A DNA stretch of 64,000 nucleotides from an uncultured Chromatiaceae bacterium (GCA_945787785.1 CALZIO010000004.1:31087-95086), one strand, 5' to 3'; positions 10,440-20,302 are shown, numbered from the stretch's first letter. A program made the numbers and translations. The notes: a model not told the origin generated them from the sequence alone.

Positions 10440-11357
10440 ATGATTCGGTTTATTGGCATACTGCTGATATTACTATTGAGTTTTATCTCGCCGATTCAAG
10501 CCGCCGAGAAAACCGCCAATCTTCTGATTTTATTTCCCAAGCTTAATGCCGCCTATGATCGGGTGTTTGCCGAGATAGTAGACGGGATAGATTCACACAA
10601 AGATATCACTCCTCATACCTATACGCTGACACAATCAAGCAGCGCAAACGATATACAGCAACTAATCAACGAACAGAAGATAGACGCAATTATCGCGCTC
10701 GGGCAATCAAGCTACGACATTGGCCAATCGTTTGGTAAACAACTACCCGTGATCCATGGCGGCATGATCATCAACCCCGGCAGTCATAGTGGTATCAGTC
10801 TGGCAGGTTCTCCACAACAATTTTTTAATCACTTACAAACCGTTGCGCCATCCGTTAAACGTGTCTTCACTGTTTATAGCGAAGCAAATAGTGGTTGGCT
10901 GATTCGTCTGGCACAGGAAGAGGCAAAAAAGGCAAATATCGAATTAGTGGCAATCGCAGCAAAGGATATTCGACAAGCAGCACAATCATTCCGCAAGATT
11001 CTGGATGAGGCCAATGGATCGACAGACGCTATTTGGCTGTTACTCGACAGGGTTCTACCTAGCCAAACAGTTTTACCTCTGGCACTGGAAGCTGCCTGGA
11101 AAAGAAATATTGTGATTTTTTCCAACAATCCTTTACACACCAAACGAGGAGCATTGTTTGCATTATTTCCTGATCATCGCGAGATGGGCTATAAACTGGC
11201 TGATCTGAGTTTGCAACAAATCTCTTCGACACAACCATTAGTTATACCTTTATCCAGCCTCAAAATAGCAGTAAATGAACGCACCGCATCACATCTGGGT
11301 TTACGTTATTCAAATGCAGAACGTGAATCATTCGACATTATTTATCCATCTAGATAG
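10440..11357 (+). CDS. periplasmic ABC-type substrate-binding-like protein (ABC_sub_bind/COG2984-like), likely sensor accessory protein
   Basis: The ORF opens at 10386, but the signal peptide begins at Met 10440 (MIRFIGILLILLLSFISPIQA). Overall alpha/beta pattern resembles stand-alone binding proteins found beside sensor kinases. By-eye call only. Confidence 0.5.
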   Translation: MIRFIGILLILLLSFISPIQAAEKTANLLILFPKLNAAYDRVFAEIVDGIDSHKDITPHTYTLTQSSSANDIQQLINEQKIDAIIALGQSSYDIGQSFGKQLPVIHGGMIINPGSHSGISLAGSPQQFFNHLQTVAPSVKRVFTVYSEANSGWLIRLAQEEAKKANIELVAIAAKDIRQAAQSFRKILDEANGSTDAIWLLLDRVLPSQTVLPLALEAAWKRNIVIFSNNPLHTKRGALFALFPDHREMGYKLADLSLQQISSTQPLVIPLSSLKIAVNERTASHLGLRYSNAERESFDIIYPSR

Positions 11358-12907
11358 TGAAGAAGAGAAAAGTGATAGACCAACAAACACATATCCGATC
11401 AAAAAGTTTTCGTGTTCAGCTGACCACGATCTTTTCGATTGGCATACTGGCGTTGGGTCTAGTGGGTGCGCTATCGTCTGCCTGGGTTACCAAGGTGCAT
11501 ATTGAAGACCAGTTGTTTGAAAATGGCCTTCAGGTTACCGAATCACTTGCCACTCAATCTGTCCTGGCGCTAATTTACGATAGCCCGGAAAATGCCGATG
11601 ATGCCGCCATCGCAGCCATGGGGTTTCCCTCGATAGAACATGTGGCTATCTTAACCACCGCTGGTAATGCACTGTTAAGCAAAGGTGAAACAATCGAGCA
11701 ATACGATATATCGAAAATTACTAACAAAGTTGCACTGCTAGAGGAAACATTGGAACACTGGGTATTTGCTGCACCTGTTTATATTCTCGATCAAATCACT
11801 GCTGACGAACAACCTTTGCTATTTGAAACCGAACAACAACAAGAGCTACTTGGCTACGTTTTGGTTAAGAAGAGCAAAGAAAAGATTGGTCAGGTCTTCA
11901 CAGCTGCCCTTACCAATAATCTTGGGATTGGATTACTATTTGCGTTGTTACTACTCGCCATCATTCACCTTTTCTTCAACCGCCTGATCACTCCACTGGA
12001 TAAGCTCTCCGTAGTAATGGGACGTGCTGAAGAAGGTGACACAAATGCCTATGCTAGTCTTGAAGGTCCACGTGAAGTCATGGACATCGCCCGCGCTTAT
12101 AACAAAATGATCGAAGCGCTGGCACAACATCAATATCAGTTGACACGTCATAATGAAATACTTGAATACGAAGTTGGTGAACGAACCCGTGATCTAGTCT
12201 ATGCAAGGGATATGGCGATTCAGGCAAATCGAAATAAATCTAACTTTCTCTCCAATGTTAGTCATGAACTACGCACACCATTACAGTCTATACTTGGGTA
12301 TAGTGACCTGGTTCTGGAGACCTTGCCGCCTGAGCAAGACGATATTCGCCACGACATCAATACCATCGTTCAGAATGCCGAAAACCTGCTGCATATGATC
12401 AATTCAGTTCTTGATATGTCAAAGATTGAGGCTGGCCGCATTGAAGTTTCCAAACGAGAGACTAATATTGAGCAGCTTGTCAGTGGGGTGATTGAAACAA
12501 TCAAGCCTTTGATGACACCGAACCAAAATCAATTTGAGCATTCTATGCAGCTGGTTAGCCCAGTAATCAATGTTGATGCTGATAAACTACGCCAGGTAAT
12601 GCTCAATCTACTCAGCAACGCCGCCAAGTTTACCCATAACGGCACTATCCAGTTCACCATTACTCAAACTGATGAGGTACTCAACTTGCAAGTCGAGGAT
12701 AATGGCATCGGCATGAACAAGGATCAGGCCGACCATATTTTTGAGCCTTTTTACCAGATTGATGCAGGCCATACTCGCCGTTACCAAGGAACTGGGCTAG
12801 GATTAGCTATTACGCATCAATTTTGTCAGTTAATGGGTGGCTCCATTAGCGTGAAAAGCACGTTAAATCAAGGGTCTATGTTCGATGCATCTATTCCTTA
12901 CGACTAA
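11357..12907 (+). CDS. membrane sensor histidine kinase (two TM, HAMP, HisKA, HATPase_c)
   Basis: 516 aa. H-box SHELRTPL, N-box NLLSNAAKFT, G1 DNGIGM, G2 GTGLGLAI. GTG start abuts the stop of the binding-protein gene. Confidence 0.85.
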   Translation: MKKRKVIDQQTHIRSKSFRVQLTTIFSIGILALGLVGALSSAWVTKVHIEDQLFENGLQVTESLATQSVLALIYDSPENADDAAIAAMGFPSIEHVAILTTAGNALLSKGETIEQYDISKITNKVALLEETLEHWVFAAPVYILDQITADEQPLLFETEQQQELLGYVLVKKSKEKIGQVFTAALTNNLGIGLLFALLLLAIIHLFFNRLITPLDKLSVVMGRAEEGDTNAYASLEGPREVMDIARAYNKMIEALAQHQYQLTRHNEILEYEVGERTRDLVYARDMAIQANRNKSNFLSNVSHELRTPLQSILGYSDLVLETLPPEQDDIRHDINTIVQNAENLLHMINSVLDMSKIEAGRIEVSKRETNIEQLVSGVIETIKPLMTPNQNQFEHSMQLVSPVINVDADKLRQVMLNLLSNAAKFTHNGTIQFTITQTDEVLNLQVEDNGIGMNKDQADHIFEPFYQIDAGHTRRYQGTGLGLAITHQFCQLMGGSISVKSTLNQGSMFDASIPYD

Positions 12908-13004
12908 AGAAAATAGAACTTACGCCGATCTAGATATCGCGTATATCGCAACCTTAATAGATATGCCTACTGGGTCGATGCTGTATAGGACGGAGGACTA
13001 AGTT

Positions 13005-15491
13005 TTGGTAACTAATCAACGCATATTGATTGTTACGCTGGATGAAACGCAAAGCAGCGCGATTCAGAAAGTTCTAGAGGATTCAGGCTTTACCAACCTG
13101 ATCTTCGCGAATAGCAGCCATGCCGCCATTAACCTGCTTACTGACCAACAAGTAGATGCCATCGTCAGCGCCGCTGAGTTGCAGCCCGTCGACGGTTGGC
13201 GATTTGCCAGGGTTATTCGTTCCGGGGCCTTGGCCGTAAAGCAAGGTGTTCCGATCATCATGCTTTCTGATGGTTACAGCGAACGCATTGCACAAGCGAC
13301 ATCAAAGGCCTTTCAGGTTAACCGTTTTATCCCATTCGAAAAATTCCATACCCTGCCCTCTGTCATTACTGATCTATTCCGTCAGGAACATCCCGGGATT
13401 CCTAAATCACGATTGTTAGTGGTAGAGGATTACATGGATACCGTTGAACTGGTAAAGCGAGTTCTCTCCAGTCGATTTGAGATCGATGTGGCAATGACCG
13501 GTAAACAGGGTCTTGAAATCTGGCAAGAAAAACGACATGACCTGGTCCTACTCGATGTCATGCTGCCAGAAATGTCAGGTAATGATGTACTAAAAGAGAT
13601 CGTAAAGCAGGCACCTACACAATCCGTTGTCATGATGACGGCACAATCCACGCCGGAACGTGCTGCTGAACTTATACTGGACGGCGCAGTAGATTATATA
13701 TCAAAACCATTTCGCGCCGACCAATTACGCCAAGTATGTGAAATAGCCGTGCAGAGAGAAGACTTTCTCATTAGTAGCCAGGAATTCGCACAACATGAGG
13801 AAGCACTATTCCACGAGAAAGAGCTGGCCCAGATTACTCTACAATCAATTGCAGATGGCGTAATCCGTACCAATGCAGCAGGTGAAATAGAGTATATGAA
13901 CCCTGTTGCAGAACAAGTAACAGGATGGAGTTTTGACGAAGCTCGTGATCAAGCTTTCAGAAATATACTGCATTGCTTCGATAATAATGAACAGTCTGCG
14001 GACATTCCCGTTGAAGTTTGCCTCAGCAACCAAATCACACTGTATGGCTCACCTAACCTTTACTTTTTAAACCGTGAAGGGGCCAAACTAATTCTTGACC
14101 ATGTGACATCACCCATAAAAAATCGCTATAACGATATTATTGGAACGGTCATGGTGTTTCGCGATATAACCGAGGAACATGCGCTGGCAAGACAACTTGA
14201 CTATCAGGCAAAACACGATGCCCTGACTGGTCTGACAAATCGAGCAACGTTTGAAGCCCGCCTAGAAGCCTTGCTTGAAAAAATAAAGGAAAGTGATAAT
14301 ACACACGCACTCTGTTATATCGATCTCGACCAATTTAAAATAGTGAACGACACTTGCGGTCACATTGCAGGTGATCAGTTATTACAAAAAATATCTTCCA
14401 TTATTTTAAATAAAATTCGTAAAGACAGGGACGTGCTCGCTCGTTTTGGCGGTGATGAGTTTGTATTGATGCTGTCTGACTGCCTAATAAATCAGGCCAC
14501 CAAGATTGCAGAATCAGTTTGTAAAGAGATACAAGAATACCACTTTGTTTATGATGACAAAACATTTGTCGTTGGCGCCAGCATTGGCGTTGTACCACTT
14601 ACATCTGATATTACCAGTGCCAATGATGCCTTGCGTATGGCTGACAATGCTTGTTATGTCGCCAAGGAGAAAGGCCGCAACCGTGTTCATCTTTATCATA
14701 TAGATGATCAGGAGCTGGTACGGCGCAGTGGCGAGATGCATGTTGTCTCCAAAATTAATTACGCCCTGGAAAATAAAGGCTTCTCGCTGTTTTATCAGGG
14801 GATATTGCCATTAAAGGAGAGCGATGAGAATAATAAACATATTGAGATTTTGATACGCATGAAAGATGACGCCAACAACTGGATTACCCCCGGCTTTTTC
14901 TTACCCGCTGCAGAACGTTATGGTGTGGCATCAAAAATCGATCGCTGGGTGGTAAGTACATTAATGGAATGGTTATCAAATCATCAAAGATGTCTGAAGC
15001 AAATCAATATGGTTTCGATCAATCTATCGGGGCTTTCATTTCGTGATGAAAAATTTCCCGATTTCGTTAAGGGTGAAATTCTGAAAAGAAAAATACCTGC
15101 TAAGAAAATTTGTTTTGAAATTACAGAAACAGCCGCTATCAGCAATCTTCAGGATGCAGCAGACTTCATCAATACCATGAAAGAGGTCGGCTGTAGTTTT
15201 GCCCTGGATGACTTTGGTAGTGGCATGTCTTCTTATGCGTACCTAAAAGCGTTACCCGTTGATTACTTAAAAATAGACGGTATGTTTGTCAAAGACATAA
15301 TGGATGATCCCATCGACAAAGCCATGGTTAAATCAATAAATGAGATTGGTCATGTGTTTGGCTTAAAAACGATTGCTGAATTTGTCGAAACAGAAGATAT
15401 CATCGATGAACTGTGTAAACTTGGTGTCGACTTTGCTCAAGGATATGCCATAAGCAAACCTATATCCATTGATGAACTCGCTTGCACTTAA
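13005..15491 (+). CDS. response regulator with two REC domains, PAS, GGDEF and EAL domains (c-di-GMP turnover)
   Basis: 828 aa, TTG start. Second REC has LVLLDVMLPEMSG. The GGDEF motif is intact (RFGGDEFVLML). The EAL domain shows EILIR, DDFGSG and LKIDG motifs. Confidence 0.9.
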   Translation: MVTNQRILIVTLDETQSSAIQKVLEDSGFTNLIFANSSHAAINLLTDQQVDAIVSAAELQPVDGWRFARVIRSGALAVKQGVPIIMLSDGYSERIAQATSKAFQVNRFIPFEKFHTLPSVITDLFRQEHPGIPKSRLLVVEDYMDTVELVKRVLSSRFEIDVAMTGKQGLEIWQEKRHDLVLLDVMLPEMSGNDVLKEIVKQAPTQSVVMMTAQSTPERAAELILDGAVDYISKPFRADQLRQVCEIAVQREDFLISSQEFAQHEEALFHEKELAQITLQSIADGVIRTNAAGEIEYMNPVAEQVTGWSFDEARDQAFRNILHCFDNNEQSADIPVEVCLSNQITLYGSPNLYFLNREGAKLILDHVTSPIKNRYNDIIGTVMVFRDITEEHALARQLDYQAKHDALTGLTNRATFEARLEALLEKIKESDNTHALCYIDLDQFKIVNDTCGHIAGDQLLQKISSIILNKIRKDRDVLARFGGDEFVLMLSDCLINQATKIAESVCKEIQEYHFVYDDKTFVVGASIGVVPLTSDITSANDALRMADNACYVAKEKGRNRVHLYHIDDQELVRRSGEMHVVSKINYALENKGFSLFYQGILPLKESDENNKHIEILIRMKDDANNWITPGFFLPAAERYGVASKIDRWVVSTLMEWLSNHQRCLKQINMVSINLSGLSFRDEKFPDFVKGEILKRKIPAKKICFEITETAAISNLQDAADFINTMKEVGCSFALDDFGSGMSSYAYLKALPVDYLKIDGMFVKDIMDDPIDKAMVKSINEIGHVFGLKTIAEFVETEDIIDELCKLGVDFAQGYAISKPISIDELACT

Positions 15492-15520
15492 TGCTATATC
15501 AATTATTAACAACTATTTCG

Positions 15521-17389
15521 CTATGACGTGAAATCTGCTCGATCAGGCATCCGCCTTTCCTGCCTGCCAGGACGACCTGATTGACGCCGATCCAAAACAC
15601 GCATCCGAATCCCCATTGGCGGTATCTCTTCAGAATCGATGTAAACATCTAAAAGACTGGGGCCAGGTCTGGCTAATATTTTAGCAAAATCGAGCTGCTC
15701 AAAATCCGTATGGCTTCGTACTGTATAACCATCCGCCCCCATGGCGCGCGCCATCGCTGAGAAATCAACAGGTGGTAATTTATACCCAATTGATTCACCA
15801 CCACCCAGACGTTGACCATGCTTTACCATACCCAAAGCCTGGTCATTTAAAACGATAAATAAGACTGGAAATCCCTCTTGCACTGCAACAGTGATTTCCT
15901 GACCGCTCATTAACATCGCACCATCACCCGTAATAATTACAACCGGTTTTTCAGGGGCTGCTGTGGCAACGCCTATAGCATTTCCGATTGCCCAGGCCAT
16001 GGAACCAAAGCCAAGGCCAATGCGCAAATTTCCACTCGTTCTAAGATTTAGATAATGTATTGTCCAGGCCCATGCATTTCCTGCATCGATAACATAACGA
16101 GTATCTTGCGGAAAAGCGTTTGGTAATTGCTGCATTAACCATTGCGGCTTTATTGAAGTCTGCTGAACAAGTTTAGTTGCAAAACTCTCACTCGCATTTT
16201 CTTCATCAACATCACTCTGGAATACTGTGTTTAAAGTAAAACCCAATTCGCTATCAGTTTGAACTGTAAATGGTGGTAACTTGTTTACATACTTTTCTGT
16301 TTTTGCAGATGCAAGAATATCTGAATTTAATTTGTGAAAAATTTCCTTGGGATCACCAAAAACATGCAACCTAGCCATGGGTGATTGGGCGAAATTATCA
16401 AACGTAGAATCAATATGAACAAGCTTGTTGTTTAGAATGGCCAGCTTATCCCAGGCAGATGTATCAAACTCATCCAAATTGCTACCGATAGCAATCAACA
16501 GATCAACGTCAGGGTCCAATAAAACCTCACGTGCAGTAATATGGCCTGCGAACCCAAAAACACCTCTGTACAAGTGATGGAAAGCATTCACCCACGTCTT
16601 ACCTGATGGCGTTGAAACAATGGTTGAATTTGTCATTTCTGCAATCTTGATGACTTCTTCTATCGCACCATCTCTACAGCCACCACCAACCAGCAGTACC
16701 ATTTTTTTAGAATTTCCAACGATGTTTAATAACTTTGAATAGCTCAGGGCATCAATAAACGTTGAAGGCCGCATGAGCTCTTGAATATCATAGCTAGGAC
16801 GGCGAGGTGCTGATTCGTCTTTCAGAATATCCATCGGTATACTGAGATGAGCTGGGCCTTGTGGCTTAGAAAAAGCTGCCGCTATCGCTTTTAGAAGCTT
16901 TCCTTCTAGTTGATCACGGTGTGACACCATGGAATTAAAGCGAGTGCAATGGGTCAACATCCCGACAATATCAATACCCGCATCAGAAGAGTCTTGCAGT
17001 GCTAAACGACCAAAGTCACGCAGTGCTGTTTGCGGTGTAATAACAAGAATTGGATCGCGTTCAGCAAACGCAGTGGCAATCCCCGTCACTAAGTTAGTTG
17101 CACCTGGTCCGGTTGTCGAACAGCAAACACCCAGATTGCCTGTTTCCCGCGCATAACCTGTGGCCATGAAAGCAGCGCCAGTTTCATGCCTGGCAACAGT
17201 TAATTTAATCCCGTCTGGATAGCGACGAATGTGCCTGGCCAAGGCATCAAACAAAGGTTCAATTGCGCCCCCCGGCACACCAAAGACACGTCTGACGCCT
17301 AGATGATAAAGATAATCGACGATTAAATCTGCGTAGGTATGCTGAATAAAATAATGGCTAGTGGTGTCACGAATTCTTTTTGCCGCCAT
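15521..17389 (-). CDS. thiamine-diphosphate-dependent enzyme, acetolactate-synthase-like (COG0028), paralogue 1
   Basis: The ORF opens at 17401 (GTG), but ATG 17389 follows a GGAG Shine-Dalgarno. Shows RHETGAAFMATGYARETG, TTGPGATN, and GDGAMLM plus NDQALGMV ThDP-binding motifs. Arg-rich C-terminal tail. Confidence 0.8.
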   Translation of the reverse strand: MAAKRIRDTTSHYFIQHTYADLIVDYLYHLGVRRVFGVPGGAIEPLFDALARHIRRYPDGIKLTVARHETGAAFMATGYARETGNLGVCCSTTGPGATNLVTGIATAFAERDPILVITPQTALRDFGRLALQDSSDAGIDIVGMLTHCTRFNSMVSHRDQLEGKLLKAIAAAFSKPQGPAHLSIPMDILKDESAPRRPSYDIQELMRPSTFIDALSYSKLLNIVGNSKKMVLLVGGGCRDGAIEEVIKIAEMTNSTIVSTPSGKTWVNAFHHLYRGVFGFAGHITAREVLLDPDVDLLIAIGSNLDEFDTSAWDKLAILNNKLVHIDSTFDNFAQSPMARLHVFGDPKEIFHKLNSDILASAKTEKYVNKLPPFTVQTDSELGFTLNTVFQSDVDEENASESFATKLVQQTSIKPQWLMQQLPNAFPQDTRYVIDAGNAWAWTIHYLNLRTSGNLRIGLGFGSMAWAIGNAIGVATAAPEKPVVIITGDGAMLMSGQEITVAVQEGFPVLFIVLNDQALGMVKHGQRLGGGESIGYKLPPVDFSAMARAMGADGYTVRSHTDFEQLDFAKILARPGPSLLDVYIDSEEIPPMGIRMRVLDRRQSGRPGRQERRMPDRADFTS

Positions 17390-17489
17390 TGCTTTCTCCA
17401 CGGCTGATCATTAATCCCTAATATACCCCACACTAATATAAATGGAATTTATATGCAATAATTGATTAATTTTTCAGCCTCAGCATTTC

Positions 17490-17555
17490 ATTTATCTAAA
17501 TAAATTCACACATAATTCTTGCCAAAATAGATGATAAATATTTATCTTTGATAAT
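17490..17555. promoter_or_regulatory. candidate Fur-family-like operator in the divergent promoter between the ThDP enzyme and the O-methyltransferase
   Basis: Perfect 14-bp palindrome GATAAATATTTATC at 17533-17546. Further heptamer ATTTATC at 17490-17496 and GATAAT at 17550-17555. A TTGCCA -35-like hexamer lies at 17519-17524. Confidence 0.3.
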
Positions 17556-17595
17556 TTATACTTAACCCGTGAAGATTTAATTAGGAGAACATATT

Positions 17596-18624
17596 TTGGA
17601 CTTTGACAATCTCGCATCTTCTAATTTAGAAGAAGATAAGGCGCTGTGGAATATTATCTGTGGCCTAATTGGATTACCAGCTGTGTTTGTTGCCCACAAA
17701 CTTGGCCTATTCTCACTCTTGAATAAGGGTAGTAAAACAACTGATGAAATTTGTAATGCGCTTGGTACGGAGAAACGTGCAACTCATGCGATGCTGGATG
17801 TGAATGTGTCATTAGGTTTGATTACCAATAATTCAAATCAATATTTACTAACAAACACCGCAAAAAATTATTTACTAAATTCCAGCCCTACTTACTTAGG
17901 GTGTTTTTTAGATCTTGTTATCGCTAACAACAGTTCGATCTCAATTGATAGCCTGCATAACGCATTAAAGACCGGTAAAGCTCAAGCCTATGAAGGGCAA
18001 GATATTTTCGAATCACATGCAGAAATGGAAGAACGAGCACGCGTTTTCACACGAGCAATGCACAGCGCGAGTGTTGGTCCGGCAATGCATTGGCCTAAAC
18101 ACCTCGATCTTTCCGACAGCACATGTTTTTTAGATATCGGTGGAGGCTCCGGAGCTCATGCCATTAGCGCTCTCAATGCATGGTCAAACCTCAAGGGCAT
18201 TGTTTTTGATCTGGCACCTGTTTGTGAAGTTGCAAAAGATATTGCTCTTGAAAGTGGCGTATCTGACCGTTTTAATGCTGAATCCGGAGATTTATGGGAG
18301 ACGCCCTTCCCTTCTGCTGATGTCCATTTCTACTCACAGATCTATCACGACTGGCCTGAGGATAAATGCCAATTCTTAACTCAAAAGAGCTTTGACTCAC
18401 TCGAGCCCGGTGGAAAAATTATTATCCATGAAATGCTTTATAACGATGATAAATCAGGGCCGTTTGTCACTGCTGCATCCAGCATAGGTATGCTTCTTTG
18501 GACACAGGGTCGCCAGTATTCAGGTAAAGAGTTAACAGAAATGTTAACTACGGCTGGCTTTATTGAGGTGGAAGTTAAACCAACATATGGTTACTGGAGT
18601 ATTGTGACTGGGCGTAAACCTTAA
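17596..18624 (+). CDS. class I SAM-dependent O-methyltransferase (Methyltransf_2 / natural-product OMT type with N-terminal dimerisation/wHTH domain)
   Basis: 342 aa. TTG start 8 nt after an AGGAG Shine-Dalgarno. SAM motif I LDIGGGSGAH and downstream FDLAPV, typical of the COMT/ASMT-like family. Confidence 0.75.
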   Translation: MDFDNLASSNLEEDKALWNIICGLIGLPAVFVAHKLGLFSLLNKGSKTTDEICNALGTEKRATHAMLDVNVSLGLITNNSNQYLLTNTAKNYLLNSSPTYLGCFLDLVIANNSSISIDSLHNALKTGKAQAYEGQDIFESHAEMEERARVFTRAMHSASVGPAMHWPKHLDLSDSTCFLDIGGGSGAHAISALNAWSNLKGIVFDLAPVCEVAKDIALESGVSDRFNAESGDLWETPFPSADVHFYSQIYHDWPEDKCQFLTQKSFDSLEPGGKIIIHEMLYNDDKSGPFVTAASSIGMLLWTQGRQYSGKELTEMLTTAGFIEVEVKPTYGYWSIVTGRKP

Positions 18625-18669
18625 TAACACGCGGCCCATAGATTTATCAAATAGAAACTAATTTTTCAA

Positions 18670-19485
18670 TTAGTCTGACACTGGCCGATATGGGTTACCT
18701 TGGTAATCTATATCTTCGCATTGCATCGGTAAAAAAGAATTGGGGGCGGTGTCTCGAGTATCAACGTAACAGGCGGTAACTCCGCTTGCTACGAGAACTG
18801 AAAAAATACGGTAACACTCCTCTGGAGTAATACCCTGGTCAGATAAAAAACCAGACATATATCCATTTATGTTCATCGTTTCATCATAAGTATTCGAGAG
18901 ATACTGTTCAATGGAATAAGCGAGAGATAAATGATCACCTATTTCGAAACCTAAACTCTCAGTTACTCGCTCCATGGCGGGTATACGTTCATCACCTTTT
19001 GCGATAGGTCGCGCATACCCCATGATTTCAGGTGTACCTTTGCGAACACGGTTTGCTGCCATCACAATTTCTTCGACTGATTTACCGCTATGGTAATCAG
19101 ATAATGCCTGCTGAATAAATCTAAGCCCTTCAAGCAAGGGCCTCACGCCATATGAACGAGCATCCGTTGCTAATATACCAGCACAGGTCGCGGCAATGAC
19201 AGTGGTTTGTGTTGTTCCTCCCAAGGCCCCAACCTGGTTGCACCAAATACGTGGATCAGGCCAACTCAAGCAAATAAAAATTGCATCCATCCAGTCAGCC
19301 AAGCGTCGCTCAGGCAGACGACCCGTCGCATTAAGAAATACCACCTGCATGTAAGACGTTTTACCAACAAAATCATCCATCATGGAATAGCCATGACTGA
19401 GCACACCTTGACCAATCTTCCAACCGCCTTTTTTGCTGACTATTTTTCCACGGTGTTGATCCCAAAAACTTGTGTCATTAATCAT
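18670..19485 (-). CDS. citrate synthase / citryl-CoA lyase superfamily-like protein (degenerate), copy A
   Basis: The ORF is open to 19557; possible starts at 19557, 19509 and 19485. IMGYARPIAKGDERIP aligns by eye to the citrate synthase GFGHRVY..DPR motif. Helical repeat pattern resembles the citrate synthase large domain. Confidence 0.4.
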   Translation of the reverse strand: MINDTSFWDQHRGKIVSKKGGWKIGQGVLSHGYSMMDDFVGKTSYMQVVFLNATGRLPERRLADWMDAIFICLSWPDPRIWCNQVGALGGTTQTTVIAATCAGILATDARSYGVRPLLEGLRFIQQALSDYHSGKSVEEIVMAANRVRKGTPEIMGYARPIAKGDERIPAMERVTESLGFEIGDHLSLAYSIEQYLSNTYDETMNINGYMSGFLSDQGITPEECYRIFSVLVASGVTACYVDTRDTAPNSFLPMQCEDIDYQGNPYRPVSD

Positions 19486-20302
19486 TTTCAATGAAGTAGT
19501 CCTCGTCATCAATGAATGGCATGGCGGTGATCGGTTTATTGGATAATTCACTGCCATGCGCCAATAATCCTGGGGCGCTCATGATTTGATAAATTCCAGC
19601 TGCAGCACGGGGCTGAAAACCCAGGTTTGTTAACACCGCTGCAACCACACCTGTCGCTAACCAACCCATTCCCTCTTTATTCAACGCTTGAGTAAATTGC
19701 TGCCCCCAATGCAACACAGAGCCCGCGGCAGGCAATCCTCTCAAGTGTTTAGCTATTTCCGCACTAAGCAAATCAATACCGTTATAGTAACTTCCAAATC
19801 CAGGGGCAATATGCCAATCACCCTGTTCGGGGCGTTCATTTTCTTCAACCAGGCGTGCCGCGACTTCAGCCGCATTTTGTCGCTGTTGTTTGCGCAAGAA
19901 ACGCATGGATGCTTCCAATGTGCCAGCAGCATTATACGTACCACTTAATGTTGTTAATGCGATAGGCAAAATCAAAGCGGGGTCCGTTTTGCCAACTCCG
20001 GCATTCATAGCCGCACGCGTTGCCGGATGCCGTGGACCTGGATTAATAAACCCTATCATTAATGTCTCTAACAATTTTGCTTCGTCTACACTTGGCAGTT
20101 CACCTCGAAACAATAAATACAGGACGTCAACAAAACTCCGCTTCTGCATCAGCTCAATCATGTCATAGCCGTGGCAAAGACTTTGCGCTGCGATGTAAGG
20201 ATTGTCCGCTGATGGCACCTCTTGCCATATTCGTGTTGCGGGCCGCTTTACAAAAACATCACTTCGTTTACGCACCTGGGCTGAGGGTTTGGATGATTTC
20301 AT
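19478..20302 (-). CDS. citrate synthase / citryl-CoA lyase superfamily-like protein (degenerate), copy B
   Basis: 274 aa. CHGYDMIELMQKRSFVDVLYLLFRGELPSVDEAKLL matches the canonical citrate synthase N-terminal signature (Y.GY....L....SF.EV.YLLL.GELP). APGFGSYY sits at the GFGH position. Confidence 0.5.
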   Translation of the reverse strand: MKSSKPSAQVRKRSDVFVKRPATRIWQEVPSADNPYIAAQSLCHGYDMIELMQKRSFVDVLYLLFRGELPSVDEAKLLETLMIGFINPGPRHPATRAAMNAGVGKTDPALILPIALTTLSGTYNAAGTLEASMRFLRKQQRQNAAEVAARLVEENERPEQGDWHIAPGFGSYYNGIDLLSAEIAKHLRGLPAAGSVLHWGQQFTQALNKEGMGWLATGVVAAVLTNLGFQPRAAAGIYQIMSAPGLLAHGSELSNKPITAMPFIDDEDYFIEND

